Both the position numbers and the translations under genes were made by a program. Shown in pieces: positions 1 to 9,707 of a DNA stretch of 64,000 nt; positions within the stretch are counted from its first letter, which is position 1; each line of letters begins with the position of its first letter. Origin of the DNA: Thermodesulfobacteriota bacterium (GTDB taxonomy: Bacteria > Desulfobacterota > Desulfarculia > JACQYL01); the NCBI GenBank assembly GCA_963675595.2, contig CAXXLZ010000002.1, forward strand, positions 1,024,001-1,088,000, read 5' to 3'. Under the pieces are notes generated by a model that was given only the letters and a program-made list of their open reading frames with translations, made no database searches and was not told the origin of the DNA.

Positions 1-4
1 TCGT

Positions 5-1255
5 GTGGTAGACGTGGGACAAGCCATGGTGCGAGGGGAACACGGATTTGTCCCTTGGGTAAGTCTGTCGACGCAAGAGGAAGGGTGGCTCGCCTTCGCA
101 CCCGTTGAAGTGGGCGGCTGGTCTCTCGGCGTGTTCTTTCCGGAAAAAGAGCTCATGGAAAGCGTGAACCGGCTTACGCGAAATGCGCTTCTGTTGGGTT
201 CGGGGGGGTTTTTGGCGCTCTTGGGGATCGTGTTCCTCGCGGCGCATTCCATGACCCGACCTTTAAGGGAGCTGGCCCAAAGCACGGTGGAAATCGCGGA
301 AGGCAACCTGGACGCCGTGTTACCCGAAGTGAGGTCCCTCGACGAAATCGGACGTCTCACCCGGGCCTTCGAACACATGACCCAAGCTCTCAAAGAACAT
401 ATACGCCGGCTCACCGAAGCCACCCGCGCGAGAGAACGAATAGAGAGCGAATTGAGTATCGCCCGCGACATCCAGATGGGCATCCTCCCCAAGCTTTTTC
501 CCCCTTTTCCCGAGGAACACCAAGTCGACATCTATGCCGTGATCCTGCCCGCCAGGGAAGTGGGAGGAGATTTCTACGACTTCTACCGTGTGGATTCGGA
601 CAGAATCTGCTTCGTGATCGGGGACGTCTCCGGAAAGGGGGTGCCCGCTTCCCTGTTCATGGCGGTGGCCAAAACTCTGATCAAGGCGGCCGTGGGGGGC
701 GGTCTCGGCCCCGGGGACGCTCTGCGCCGTGTAAATGAGGAATTGGCCGAGGAAAACGAGGCGTGCATGTTCGTAACGGTCTTTCTGGGTATCATAGACT
801 TGAGAACCGGTGGCATCGAATATGCCAACGGCGGGCATAACCGTCCTTTCGTCCTTCCCAAACAGGGAGAGATCGCGGTCCTGCCGCCGAGCAATGGGGC
901 CGTTGTCGGCGCTTTGGAAGGGCTGGACTATGAAACCGGGGGTGCCTTCTTGAAGGAGGGAGACACGCTTCTTCTCTATACGGACGGAGTGACGGAAGCG
1001 CTCAACGAGCAGTTGGAGCTCTTCACGGAGGCTCGACTAAAACGCCTGCTGGAAGATGTCCGGGCAAAATCCCTCAAGGACACGGCGGCGAGAATCGTGT
1101 CCGAGGTAAAGGCGTTTGCGGGCGCTGCGGAGCAGGCCGACGACATCACTCTGCTCGCTTTGACTTATTACGGGGATCAAGGTCGAAACGACGGCGGTTC
1201 TCAGGATACCGCCCGCCGCATCGAGCAAGGGAGAACCACGCATGACGAAACCTGA
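5..1255 (+). CDS. HAMP + PP2C/SpoIIE (RsbU-like) Ser/Thr phosphatase, membrane-bound; N-terminal sensor (probably Cache) cut by window edge
   Basis: TM segment (ALLLGSGGFLALLGIVFLA), HAMP (TRPLRELA...DEIGRL), PP2C motifs EVGGDFYD, IGDVSGKG, LYTDGVTEA, DDIT; upstream 'WLAFAPVEVGGWSLGV' resembles a Cache C-terminus. Confidence 0.9.
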   Translation: MVDVGQAMVRGEHGFVPWVSLSTQEEGWLAFAPVEVGGWSLGVFFPEKELMESVNRLTRNALLLGSGGFLALLGIVFLAAHSMTRPLRELAQSTVEIAEGNLDAVLPEVRSLDEIGRLTRAFEHMTQALKEHIRRLTEATRARERIESELSIARDIQMGILPKLFPPFPEEHQVDIYAVILPAREVGGDFYDFYRVDSDRICFVIGDVSGKGVPASLFMAVAKTLIKAAVGGGLGPGDALRRVNEELAEENEACMFVTVFLGIIDLRTGGIEYANGGHNRPFVLPKQGEIAVLPPSNGAVVGALEGLDYETGGAFLKEGDTLLLYTDGVTEALNEQLELFTEARLKRLLEDVRAKSLKDTAARIVSEVKAFAGAAEQADDITLLALTYYGDQGRNDGGSQDTARRIEQGRTTHDET

Positions 1256-3566
1256 ATCGGCGTCCAAACCGCTCCAAATCGGCGTGTCGGTCCCGAGGGC
1301 GGACGGCTGGAGCAAGATCACGGGCCGAGAGCGGTACGCTGCGGACTACTATGGACCGGACTTTCTGTGGGCCGGGGTCAAACGCGCGGACATGTCTCAC
1401 GCCCTGCTTCGGGAACTGGACGTGGAAGCCGCCAAAGCCGTACCCGGTGTGACGGCCGTGTTGACCCACCGGGACGTGAAGGGTTCCAATCGGCAAGGTG
1501 TCGTGTTCAAGAACCAGCCTGTATTGGTGGACAAAAAGGTGCGACGACGCGGCGACGCCCTGGCGCTGGTCCTCGCCGAAAATCGGGAAGTCTTGAGCAC
1601 CGCTTTGAAGGCCGTGCATGTTCGTCTGGAACCGCTGCCGCCCGTGTTCTCCGTCGAGGAAGCGACGATGGAGGGTGCTCCCAAGGTGCACGAGGAGCAT
1701 CCCACCGGGAACATCCTGGCCGAGCTCACGGTAAGCAAAGGAAACGGCAAGGACGGCATCGACGAATGCACAGCCGTGGTGGAAGCTGAATTTGAACTAC
1801 CCCGCCAGGAACATGCGTACATGGAAACCGAGGCGGGTTGGGCCTACCTTGAGCATGACGGCCGTCTGGTCATCGTGGCCTCCACGCAGTCGCCTTTTCG
1901 CGATCGTTCGGAGGTGGCGGAAGCGCTGGGGATCGACATCGGCAAGGTGCGCATAACGGCTCCCTATCTGGGCGGCGGCTTCGGCGGGAAGGACGGGTGC
2001 ACGGTTCAAAGCCTGCTGGGACTCGCCGCGATGCACTCCCACGGACGGCCCGTGAAGATGTGGTGGGACCGTGAGGAGAGTTTTCTTGCCGGGGTGAAAC
2101 GTCTTTCCGGACGGGTCCGGTATCGTGTTGGAACAAACAAAGATGGTTGCCTGCACGCCCTCCAATGTGAACTGGACCTGGACAACGGGCCCTATGAGCA
2201 CTTGGGCGGCGAGGTGCTGGCGCTTGCGGTGGAACACGCGGGCGGTCCCTACCGGATTCCCCATGTGTGGATTCACGGACGATGTGTCTACACGAACAAC
2301 CCCGCCGGCGGTCCTTTTCGAGGATTCGGTGCGCCCCAGGTCGTCGCGGGCCTGGAGCAGGTCGTGGACATGCTGGCCGACCGATTGAACATGGACCCGG
2401 TTCTGTTCCGGATGCGAAACGCCGTAATCAGGGGAGACCGAAACCCCGTCGGAGTCACTCTCACTCAGTCCACAGGCCTGCTGGAATGTCTAGAACAGGT
2501 GACGCGGCATCCCCTTTGGACGGAACGACGAGAATGGAAGCGTCGTGCCGGCGCATTCAAAAAACGTGGTGTGGGTGTTGCCTGCACGACTCATGGTGCC
2601 GGATACGGACCGATTATCCCGGACTTCGCCCAAGCGCTCATCAAACTCACGCCCGAAGGCAGGATCACGGTTACCTGCGGCGTGCCGGATATGGGGCAGG
2701 GCAATGCCGCGACCTTTGTTCAGATTGCGGGCCACCTGCTGAACCAGAGCGCCGACCGTCTGGACCTGGTGCTTCCCGACACGGATCACACACTGCCTTC
2801 GTGCTCCTCCGCTGCGAGCAGAACCACCTATACGTATGCCAGGGCTCTGACGGGAGCCGCCGAATTACTCAAGAAACGAATTCTCGAGCAGGCGTCTCTC
2901 CTGATGATGGCCCCATCTCCCGACGAATTCCGGCTGCTGCCCGGGATGGTGCGTCATCTTCCTTCGGGTAAGGACCTGCCGTTGGCCATGGTGGCCCGCA
3001 CCATGTCTCCTTCGCAACGGGAATGTACCTACCACTGGCGTGCGCCGGTGTGCAGGGAACCCGTCCGGATGGAAAGCGTTTCCACGGTGTTCGGCATGCC
3101 GCACCTGCTCTTTTCCTATGCGGCCCACCTGGCCTGCGTCGAAGTGGATGAACTCACGGGCCGCGTCCAGGTTCTTAAATATCTCGCGGCGACGGATGCG
3201 GGAAGCGTCATCAATCCGCAGCTCTATGAACAGCAGGTCCAGGGTGGTATCGTTCAGGGCCTGGGATACGGTCTGTATGAAGATTACGTGGTTGACCGTG
3301 GAGAGGGACAAACACCGGATTTCGCCACCTACATCCTTCCCACCTCCATGGATGTGCCGGATATGGAATCCCTGCGGGTGGAAACCTTTGAGGAAACCGG
3401 TCCCTTCGGTCTCAAGGGAGTGGGAGAAATCTGCATAAACGCCCCGTTGCCGGCGGTGGCCAACGCACTCGCCGACGCCGCCGGCGTTCGAATCTCGCGA
3501 ATTCCCATGACCCCGGAACGAGTCTTGGACGCCTTGAGCCGGATTCAATCGGAGAAAACTTCATGA
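1242..3566 (+). CDS. Xanthine dehydrogenase/aldehyde oxidoreductase family, molybdopterin-binding large subunit
   Basis: Motifs QEHAYMET, GGGFGGK, FRGFGAPQ, DMGQG, SRTT, GLKGVGE; start overlaps the upstream stop by 14 nt. Confidence 0.93.
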   Translation: MTKPESASKPLQIGVSVPRADGWSKITGRERYAADYYGPDFLWAGVKRADMSHALLRELDVEAAKAVPGVTAVLTHRDVKGSNRQGVVFKNQPVLVDKKVRRRGDALALVLAENREVLSTALKAVHVRLEPLPPVFSVEEATMEGAPKVHEEHPTGNILAELTVSKGNGKDGIDECTAVVEAEFELPRQEHAYMETEAGWAYLEHDGRLVIVASTQSPFRDRSEVAEALGIDIGKVRITAPYLGGGFGGKDGCTVQSLLGLAAMHSHGRPVKMWWDREESFLAGVKRLSGRVRYRVGTNKDGCLHALQCELDLDNGPYEHLGGEVLALAVEHAGGPYRIPHVWIHGRCVYTNNPAGGPFRGFGAPQVVAGLEQVVDMLADRLNMDPVLFRMRNAVIRGDRNPVGVTLTQSTGLLECLEQVTRHPLWTERREWKRRAGAFKKRGVGVACTTHGAGYGPIIPDFAQALIKLTPEGRITVTCGVPDMGQGNAATFVQIAGHLLNQSADRLDLVLPDTDHTLPSCSSAASRTTYTYARALTGAAELLKKRILEQASLLMMAPSPDEFRLLPGMVRHLPSGKDLPLAMVARTMSPSQRECTYHWRAPVCREPVRMESVSTVFGMPHLLFSYAAHLACVEVDELTGRVQVLKYLAATDAGSVINPQLYEQQVQGGIVQGLGYGLYEDYVVDRGEGQTPDFATYILPTSMDVPDMESLRVETFEETGPFGLKGVGEICINAPLPAVANALADAAGVRISRIPMTPERVLDALSRIQSEKTS

Positions 3567-4036
3567 ACATCCGATTTGTCTTGAACGGCAAGCCCCTTAC
3601 CGTGGAGACACCGCCCGATCGTCGTGTGATCGACCTCCTGCGGGAGGACCTCGGACTCGCGGGAACCAAGGAATGCTGCGGTTCCGGGGAATGCGGGGCC
3701 TGTACCATTCTGGTGGACGGGGATAGCCGATTGTCCTGTCTTATGACGGCCGCTCAACTGGAGGGACGCCGCATACTCACCATTGAGGGCGCGGAGGAAG
3801 ACCCCCGTTTACGCACGATTCAAGAGGCCTTTGTTGAATGGGGAGCCGTTCAATGCGGCTACTGCATGCCCGGCATGGTTCTGGCCTCAGCCGCCCTTTT
3901 GAGCCGAACGCCGAACCCCAGCCGGGAACAGATTCGCGAGGGTCTGAGCGGCAACCTCTGCCGTTGCACGGGCTACCAGAAGATCGTGGACGCTGTGGAA
4001 CAGGCGGCGGCACTCTTGTTTCGAGGCCACCAATGA
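3563..4036 (+). CDS. 2Fe-2S small subunit of XDH-family enzyme (CoxS/XdhC-like)
   Basis: GTKECCGSGECGACT, QCGYC, GNLCRCTGY; ATGA overlap with upstream gene. Confidence 0.95.
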   Translation: MNIRFVLNGKPLTVETPPDRRVIDLLREDLGLAGTKECCGSGECGACTILVDGDSRLSCLMTAAQLEGRRILTIEGAEEDPRLRTIQEAFVEWGAVQCGYCMPGMVLASAALLSRTPNPSREQIREGLSGNLCRCTGYQKIVDAVEQAAALLFRGHQ

Positions 4037-4893
4037 CTCGAGACGTATTTATTCCCCGTAATCTGGAAGCACTTTGGGACCTGCTGGATGAAGACCCCGA
4101 AAGCCGAGTCTTCGCCGGAGGCACGGACCTGTTTGTGCGGCTGCGTCGTGATCAGGCCGTTCACCCGTCGTTGATCGGTCTGGAACGCATTGAGGAGCTT
4201 CAGGCCCTGGAAGAAGATGGTCCGGATGTGTTCATTGGAGCGTGCGTGACCCATGCGCGCATATCGGCTTCTCCCCTGGTGAAAAAGCACTTCTCCGTTC
4301 TGGAACAGGCGGTGCGCGTTTTGGGTTCACCGCCCATCCGTAATATGGGCACGTTGGGAGGCAACCTGGTCACCGCGTCCCCCGCTGGAGACACCATCCC
4401 TCCCCTCACGGTGCTGGGCGCGGAAGTGGAAGTAAGGAGCCGCGGCGCTTCCCGGCGGCTTCCCATACGAGAATTCATCCGGGGACCGGGACGCAGCGTG
4501 TTGGAACAAAAAGAAATCCTATCGGGAATTCGTCTAAGGAAAGACAACGTCCATACGGTCCACCATTTTGAAAAAGTGGGGCAACGCAACGCCTTGGCCA
4601 TCGCCGTGGTCTCCTTGGCCGCGGTGCTCCGCTTGTCCGAATCCGGCGTGGTCGAAAGGGCGAGACTGGCTTGGGGCAGCGTGGGACCCACGGTAATCAC
4701 CTCACGGGAGGTTGAACGGATCATCGAGGGGCGTCCCCTTTCGCGGCAAGTATTGGAGGAAGCCGCCATGCAGGCACAGAAGGAAGTATCCCCCATCGAC
4801 GACCTTCGAGCGAGCGCCGACTATCGCCGCCGCGTGGCGGGAAATCTGCTCTTGCGTCTGTGGACCCGGCTCAAAACGTTGGACGAATCATGA
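4033..4893 (+). CDS. FAD-binding medium subunit of XDH-family enzyme (CoxM/XdhB-like)
   Basis: AGGTDL, IRNMGTLGGN, SPAGD, PIDDLRASADYR; start placed at the ATGA overlap (4033) rather than 3838. Confidence 0.92.
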   Translation: MTRDVFIPRNLEALWDLLDEDPESRVFAGGTDLFVRLRRDQAVHPSLIGLERIEELQALEEDGPDVFIGACVTHARISASPLVKKHFSVLEQAVRVLGSPPIRNMGTLGGNLVTASPAGDTIPPLTVLGAEVEVRSRGASRRLPIREFIRGPGRSVLEQKEILSGIRLRKDNVHTVHHFEKVGQRNALAIAVVSLAAVLRLSESGVVERARLAWGSVGPTVITSREVERIIEGRPLSRQVLEEAAMQAQKEVSPIDDLRASADYRRRVAGNLLLRLWTRLKTLDES

Positions 4894-6107
4894 ACGATTC
4901 CAACCGCGTCGTGGACTCCGCACCCGAAATAGGCATCCAATCCATGTGGAACGGTCGGTTCGCCGCCCTGAATGGAGCGGTATTCCTCGCCTTTGCCAAT
5001 TTTGCCGTCTTCTTCCAGTATTACGCCTACTTGAAGACCCTGCAAATCGACGCCCGCTGGTTCGGACTGCTCATGGGCGTGTTCTCCGGCATGGCTTTGT
5101 TGCTGCGGCCGTTCATCAGTCCCCTTTTGCATGCCGGCAACGCGACGCGATGGATCATCGTGGGCGACCTGGGGACCATGGCCTGCTTGGCGTCCTACGG
5201 CTTCGCGGACGTATTCGAAACCATGTTCGTACTCCGCATACTCCACGGTGTGTTCCACGTGATCCTGGCCACCGGACTCCTGACCCTCATTGTGGAACAC
5301 ATACCTCCGAAGCGGAGCGGTCAGGCTTTCGGAATCATTTCCATCGTCGTTCTGCTGCCCTATGCCGTGGTGCCGTCCACCCTGCCGCTCCTTTCCGCGT
5401 GGCTCGGAGGATACGCCCGGGTCCTGATGTTTTTCGCGGCAGTCATGATATTCGTACTTCCCCTCACCTTGTACAAGGCCTCTTTCTCAGCCTCGGCTGC
5501 AACCGACGGGGCGGGCAAGACCTACAAGCTGTCTCGCGCGGAATACGCTCAGGACCTGAAAGACCCGAGGGTGCTCCTGCTTCTCACGGTCATGCTGCTT
5601 TTCTACAGCGGGTATGCTCTGGTGTTCTACTTCCTCGCCGGCTTCGGCCGCAGCATCGGATTGGCCGGAGTGGGCTTTTTTTTCACACTTTCCTCCATCA
5701 GCGAAATCGCCGTCCGCGTCTCCATGGGGTCCCGCTTCGACCGAGGCGATAAGACCCTCACCTGTACCATGGCCATGGGTGCTACCGTGCTGGGCTATGC
5801 CCTGCTTCCCCACGTTGAATCCTCCATGTGGTTCTTCTTCTTTGGGGGATTTCTGGGTCTGTGCTGGGGGGTCGTCATGCCCATGTTGAACGCACTGATG
5901 TTCGACGTGTCCCCCCCCAAGTTTCGCGCGGTCAATGTGAATCTGGGACTTCAGATGTATCAGGGAGGCTTCTTCCTGGGCCCGCTGGTGGGAGGCTTTC
6001 TTGCGGCGCGTACAGGGTTCGGAACGTTGTTTTCCTTGTGCGCGGTGTTGAGTCTCCTGTCCGTGTTTCTCCTGATCCTGTTGAAAAGGAACCCGTCCAG
6101 GAATTGA
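4890..6107 (+). CDS. MFS transporter
   Basis: About 12 hydrophobic segments, GSRFDRGDK loop motif; ATGA overlap at 4890. Confidence 0.88.
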   Translation: MNDSNRVVDSAPEIGIQSMWNGRFAALNGAVFLAFANFAVFFQYYAYLKTLQIDARWFGLLMGVFSGMALLLRPFISPLLHAGNATRWIIVGDLGTMACLASYGFADVFETMFVLRILHGVFHVILATGLLTLIVEHIPPKRSGQAFGIISIVVLLPYAVVPSTLPLLSAWLGGYARVLMFFAAVMIFVLPLTLYKASFSASAATDGAGKTYKLSRAEYAQDLKDPRVLLLLTVMLLFYSGYALVFYFLAGFGRSIGLAGVGFFFTLSSISEIAVRVSMGSRFDRGDKTLTCTMAMGATVLGYALLPHVESSMWFFFFGGFLGLCWGVVMPMLNALMFDVSPPKFRAVNVNLGLQMYQGGFFLGPLVGGFLAARTGFGTLFSLCAVLSLLSVFLLILLKRNPSRN

Positions 6108-6165
6108 AGCCCATAGAACAGGCTTCCGGTCCGTTCAGAACAAGAAAGGAAAGGAGTGTGAATCC

Positions 6166-7203
6166 GTGACCGAAAACCACACGAATCAATCGGAGATCGA
6201 GCCCGGGCAACCCTGGGAAGTGGACCTGTTTCGTCCGGAAGACGCTGAAGGAGTGGTGAGACTCTTTCGCATCGTTTACGGGGAGGGCTACCCCATAGCA
6301 ACCTTTATGGATGCCGACAAACTCATCGCGGAAAACGCGGCCGGCCGGGTGATTTCCAGTGTGGCCCGCACCCCGCGAGGGGACATCGTGGGCCACAACG
6401 CCTTGTTCAACAGCGCTCCTCACCTCGGAACCTACGAGTCGGGAGCGGGATTGGTGCACCCCGCCTATCGAGGAGGACGCGGTATCTTCAGCACCATGGG
6501 CCTGCACGGCCAGGAATTGGCCGCGCCGCTTTTCGAAGTGGATATGATTTTCGGAGAACCGGTGTGCAACCATCCTTATGCACAGAAAGCCACCGCCGGC
6601 CGGAATTTCATCACCCGTGCCATAGAAGTGGACCTGATGCCCGCCGCCGCGTACACCAAGGAAAAGAGCGCGGTCGGCAGGGTGACCACGCTTCTGGACT
6701 TCAAGACCTTTCGACCGAGACCTCATCGGGTCTATCTCCCTGAAGTCTATGAAGAGGCCCTTCGTTTCGCTTATGAAGGCATGGATGACGAAAGAGAATT
6801 CTGCATTTCCCGCGAAACCGCCCCTCCGGATGTGAAAACCGTCATGAACACACAGGTCTTTTCCTTCGCGCAAGTGGCTCGGCTGGCCGTGCATGAAATC
6901 GGTCCCGACTTAAGTCGGGTGATGGATGACACGGAACGCAGCCTGAACGAACAGGGGATACTGGTGATCCAGGTGTGGCTTAAGGCTTCCTGTCCCTGGC
7001 TTGCCCAGGCGGTGGATACTCTGCGGGAACGGGGCTATTTTTTGGGGGGTGCGCTCCCAAGGTGGTTTGACGACGACGGGCTTCTCATGCAGAAGAGGAT
7101 CGGCGCACCTTGCTGGGACACGATCGTTCTTGCGTACGACCGGGCTCGACGGCTACTGGAATGGGTCCGGAGGGACTGGTCCCAAAAGACCCCACCCGCA
7201 TGA
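6166..7203 (+). CDS. GNAT-fold (probably tandem GNAT) acyltransferase-like protein
   Basis: Motif A-like GLVHPAYRGGRGI; RBS AAGGAG upstream; second GNAT-like half ending RERGYFLGGALP. Confidence 0.7.
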   Translation: MTENHTNQSEIEPGQPWEVDLFRPEDAEGVVRLFRIVYGEGYPIATFMDADKLIAENAAGRVISSVARTPRGDIVGHNALFNSAPHLGTYESGAGLVHPAYRGGRGIFSTMGLHGQELAAPLFEVDMIFGEPVCNHPYAQKATAGRNFITRAIEVDLMPAAAYTKEKSAVGRVTTLLDFKTFRPRPHRVYLPEVYEEALRFAYEGMDDEREFCISRETAPPDVKTVMNTQVFSFAQVARLAVHEIGPDLSRVMDDTERSLNEQGILVIQVWLKASCPWLAQAVDTLRERGYFLGGALPRWFDDDGLLMQKRIGAPCWDTIVLAYDRARRLLEWVRRDWSQKTPPA

Positions 7204-7248
7204 AGCACGAAGCCGGTGGACGGGCGGCGCCGAAAGGAAGAGACGCCT

Positions 7249-8385
7249 TCAGGCCTTGGACCTCTTTTCTCCGATGTATCCGTCCAAAATGTTTTCCAGG
7301 GCTTGAACGAAGGCATCCAAGGCCGGTCTTTCCGCAATGGTCACCCGGATGTGGTCGGGAAAGCGGAAGCCGGTCATGGAACGTATCATGACTCCGTGCT
7401 TCATGAGCTTCCTGTAGGCCAACGTGTCGCTTATGGGAAGCCGAATCATCAGAAAGTTGCCTTCTCCGGCCACATGGGGCAGGCCCAACCGGTTCAGCTC
7501 CCCGGACAGGTACGCCTTCCCCGCCTCCACCATGGCACGCGTACGGAGAATGTGCTCGCCATCGCCCAACGCGGCCAGAGCCGCCTCCTGGCCAAGGGTG
7601 TTCACCGAATAAACCACGCACGTGCGGCGAATCACGTTCACCACCTCCCGATCCCCCGCCAGATAGCCTATACGCAGGCCCGCCAGAGCAAACATCTTGG
7701 AAAACGTCCGGAACACCACGAGGTTGGGATACTCCCGGATCAACTCGATGCCGTTGGGGAAGTCGTCTCGCCGGACGAATTCGAAGTAAGCCTCATCCAC
7801 CACCACGATCCCGGCGCCGGCCACGCGATCCAGGAACTTCCTGAGACGGGCCTCACTCCAATAGGTCCCCGTCGGATTGTTGGGATTGCAGACAAACAGT
7901 ATTCTTGTCCGGTCATCCATCCGCGCGAGCATGCCCTCATCGTCGAAGCCGTATTCTTTCAGAGGGACCAACTCCGCTCTGAAACCGGAGAACTCCGCCA
8001 CCCATTCGTACACGGCAAAGGTCTTGTCCGCCGTGACGATATTGTCGCCTTCACGGCAGAATGCTTTGATCACGAAGGCGATCACCTCGTTGGCTCCGTT
8101 CCCCACCAGGATTTGATCGGGGTGCAGCCCGTGAATCTCGGCGAGACGGCATCGCAGATGATACGAATCGCCGCTGGGATACACCGAAGCTCGCGGCGGA
8201 GGAAATCGTTCCAGAACCTCTCTCGCCCCCCTGGGCGGCCCCAGAGGATTTTCGTTGTTGTTGAGGCGGATGATGCGGGAACAACCGTAGAGCTTCATCA
8301 GCTCGTCGTCCGGCTTGCTAGGAATATACGCGTCAAAAGCTTTGACGTGCGCCGGCACCAGCCTGTCCAGGTCGAAACCGATCAT
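7249..8385 (-). CDS. PLP-dependent aminotransferase class I/II, histidinol-phosphate aminotransferase (HisC)-like
   Basis: NNNENPLG, NPNNPTG, VDEAY, RTFSKMFALAGLRIGY (PLP Lys); start at 8385 makes an ATGA overlap with the upstream gene; not within a his operon, so no symbol given. Confidence 0.9.
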   Translation of the reverse strand: MIGFDLDRLVPAHVKAFDAYIPSKPDDELMKLYGCSRIIRLNNNENPLGPPRGAREVLERFPPPRASVYPSGDSYHLRCRLAEIHGLHPDQILVGNGANEVIAFVIKAFCREGDNIVTADKTFAVYEWVAEFSGFRAELVPLKEYGFDDEGMLARMDDRTRILFVCNPNNPTGTYWSEARLRKFLDRVAGAGIVVVDEAYFEFVRRDDFPNGIELIREYPNLVVFRTFSKMFALAGLRIGYLAGDREVVNVIRRTCVVYSVNTLGQEAALAALGDGEHILRTRAMVEAGKAYLSGELNRLGLPHVAGEGNFLMIRLPISDTLAYRKLMKHGVMIRSMTGFRFPDHIRVTIAERPALDAFVQALENILDGYIGEKRSKA

Positions 8386-9707
8386 CGCTGCGCCCCGTTT
8401 CCTAGATACTGGAACACCACAACGTCCCCTTCTCCTCCATGAGGAATCACCAGACGCGGCTCGAACTCGCTGTCCAGGAGGGCGGGCGCCAGATCCGCCT
8501 GGGTGGGTTTGCCGGTATCCAGCTCGAACAATACCTGAGACATCCCTTCGTCCCGCAAGAGCGCCATGTGGCGCGACAGGTTCTCGCCGGCATCGGCCCC
8601 TTCCCAAAGAGAACGAAGGGTAACCGTTTGCAGGGAGGAATCGAATTCCGTCGAAAAGACCGAATGGGCGGAACGGTGTTCTCCGGCCGGTTCCACTAAT
8701 TGAAGGGAACGCCCGAGGTACAGGCGCTCGTACTGCTCCTCCAAAAATCCTCGGAGCCTGGGATGACACCACACGCTCCGGCCGGGGTCCTCCTTGAGTT
8801 GCCGGTACAGCACCGACTCGGAGACGGCGGACCCTTCCGCACGCCGGTGAATCAAGGACCCCAAAAACTCCATGTATCCGTCGGGAATCCCTGTCGCTCC
8901 GCAGCGACATATCACTCCCAATGCGTCCGTACGACCGTGTTTTCCGATACACTCGTCCAGGAGCGTCCGCGCCATGGCCGCGCGGTCCGAAGCGCTAAAA
9001 ACATAGGGACCGAAGATTTCCACCAATCCGGAACCCAGTCGACGCCACACGATCCCTCCCCCGATACGCATGCCCTCGTCGCGGGCTGCGAGAATTCCAT
9101 ATTCTCCGCACGCAGCCACATCCACCAGCTTGCCTGGAAAATGGAAGATTCGGGGAACCTCCGAAGCAGGGAAGTAACGGCTGATCCCGGAAGCCAGCAC
9201 CTTGGCTTCCTCCGAATTCGGAGTTACCACCTCGAAAGAATCCAAAGGAACCGGTTCCGATCCGCTCTCCCGTGGAGGTTCTTCCGGGTAGGCTTTCTCT
9301 TTGGTGAGCACCAGATGAATTCCCCTCGGGGGATATTCGGAAATCTGTAATCGATCAACGGATCGAGCGGCCAGGAGCAGCCCCAGATCTTCCAGGTCCG
9401 ACTCGCGTTCCGGCGAAAATGTGGCCGTCAAATTGAATGCTTCCATGCGGAACGGTTGAACAGGAACAATCAAGGAGAGTCGGACACAATAAATGCCGTC
9501 GGAACACTCCGCTTCCAGTTCCCGACCCGACTCACCTACACGAGTCAAGTAGGCGAAAAGCTCCTCCGCAGCCAAGACCAGCTTCAAAGTATCGGCGATT
9601 CCCATGCCGAAGGCATGCGAAGCGTTTTCCACCAGGGAAACGAACGTGTTTAAGAACGCAGACTCCAGCGGAATACGAATGGACAAAGTCTTACCGGGCG
9701 AGGTCAT
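8382..9707 (-). CDS. Degenerate RsbW/SpoIIAB-like HATPase domain fused to a GNAT-like region paralogous to 6166-7203
   Basis: N-terminal KLVLAAEELF and DLGLLLAARSVD resemble anti-sigma kinase N/G2 boxes; remainder aligns by eye with the 345-aa protein; RBS AGGAGG. Confidence 0.65.
   Translation of the reverse strand: MTSPGKTLSIRIPLESAFLNTFVSLVENASHAFGMGIADTLKLVLAAEELFAYLTRVGESGRELEAECSDGIYCVRLSLIVPVQPFRMEAFNLTATFSPERESDLEDLGLLLAARSVDRLQISEYPPRGIHLVLTKEKAYPEEPPRESGSEPVPLDSFEVVTPNSEEAKVLASGISRYFPASEVPRIFHFPGKLVDVAACGEYGILAARDEGMRIGGGIVWRRLGSGLVEIFGPYVFSASDRAAMARTLLDECIGKHGRTDALGVICRCGATGIPDGYMEFLGSLIHRRAEGSAVSESVLYRQLKEDPGRSVWCHPRLRGFLEEQYERLYLGRSLQLVEPAGEHRSAHSVFSTEFDSSLQTVTLRSLWEGADAGENLSRHMALLRDEGMSQVLFELDTGKPTQADLAPALLDSEFEPRLVIPHGGEGDVVVFQYLGNGAQR

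Noticed and set aside
7216-8442. 408-aa plus-strand ORF
   Set aside because: Antisense shadow of the HisC-like gene with no motifs; the same applies to most long antisense ORFs (e.g. 11004-12683, 44044-45096, 57640-59157), which are expected in GC-rich DNA
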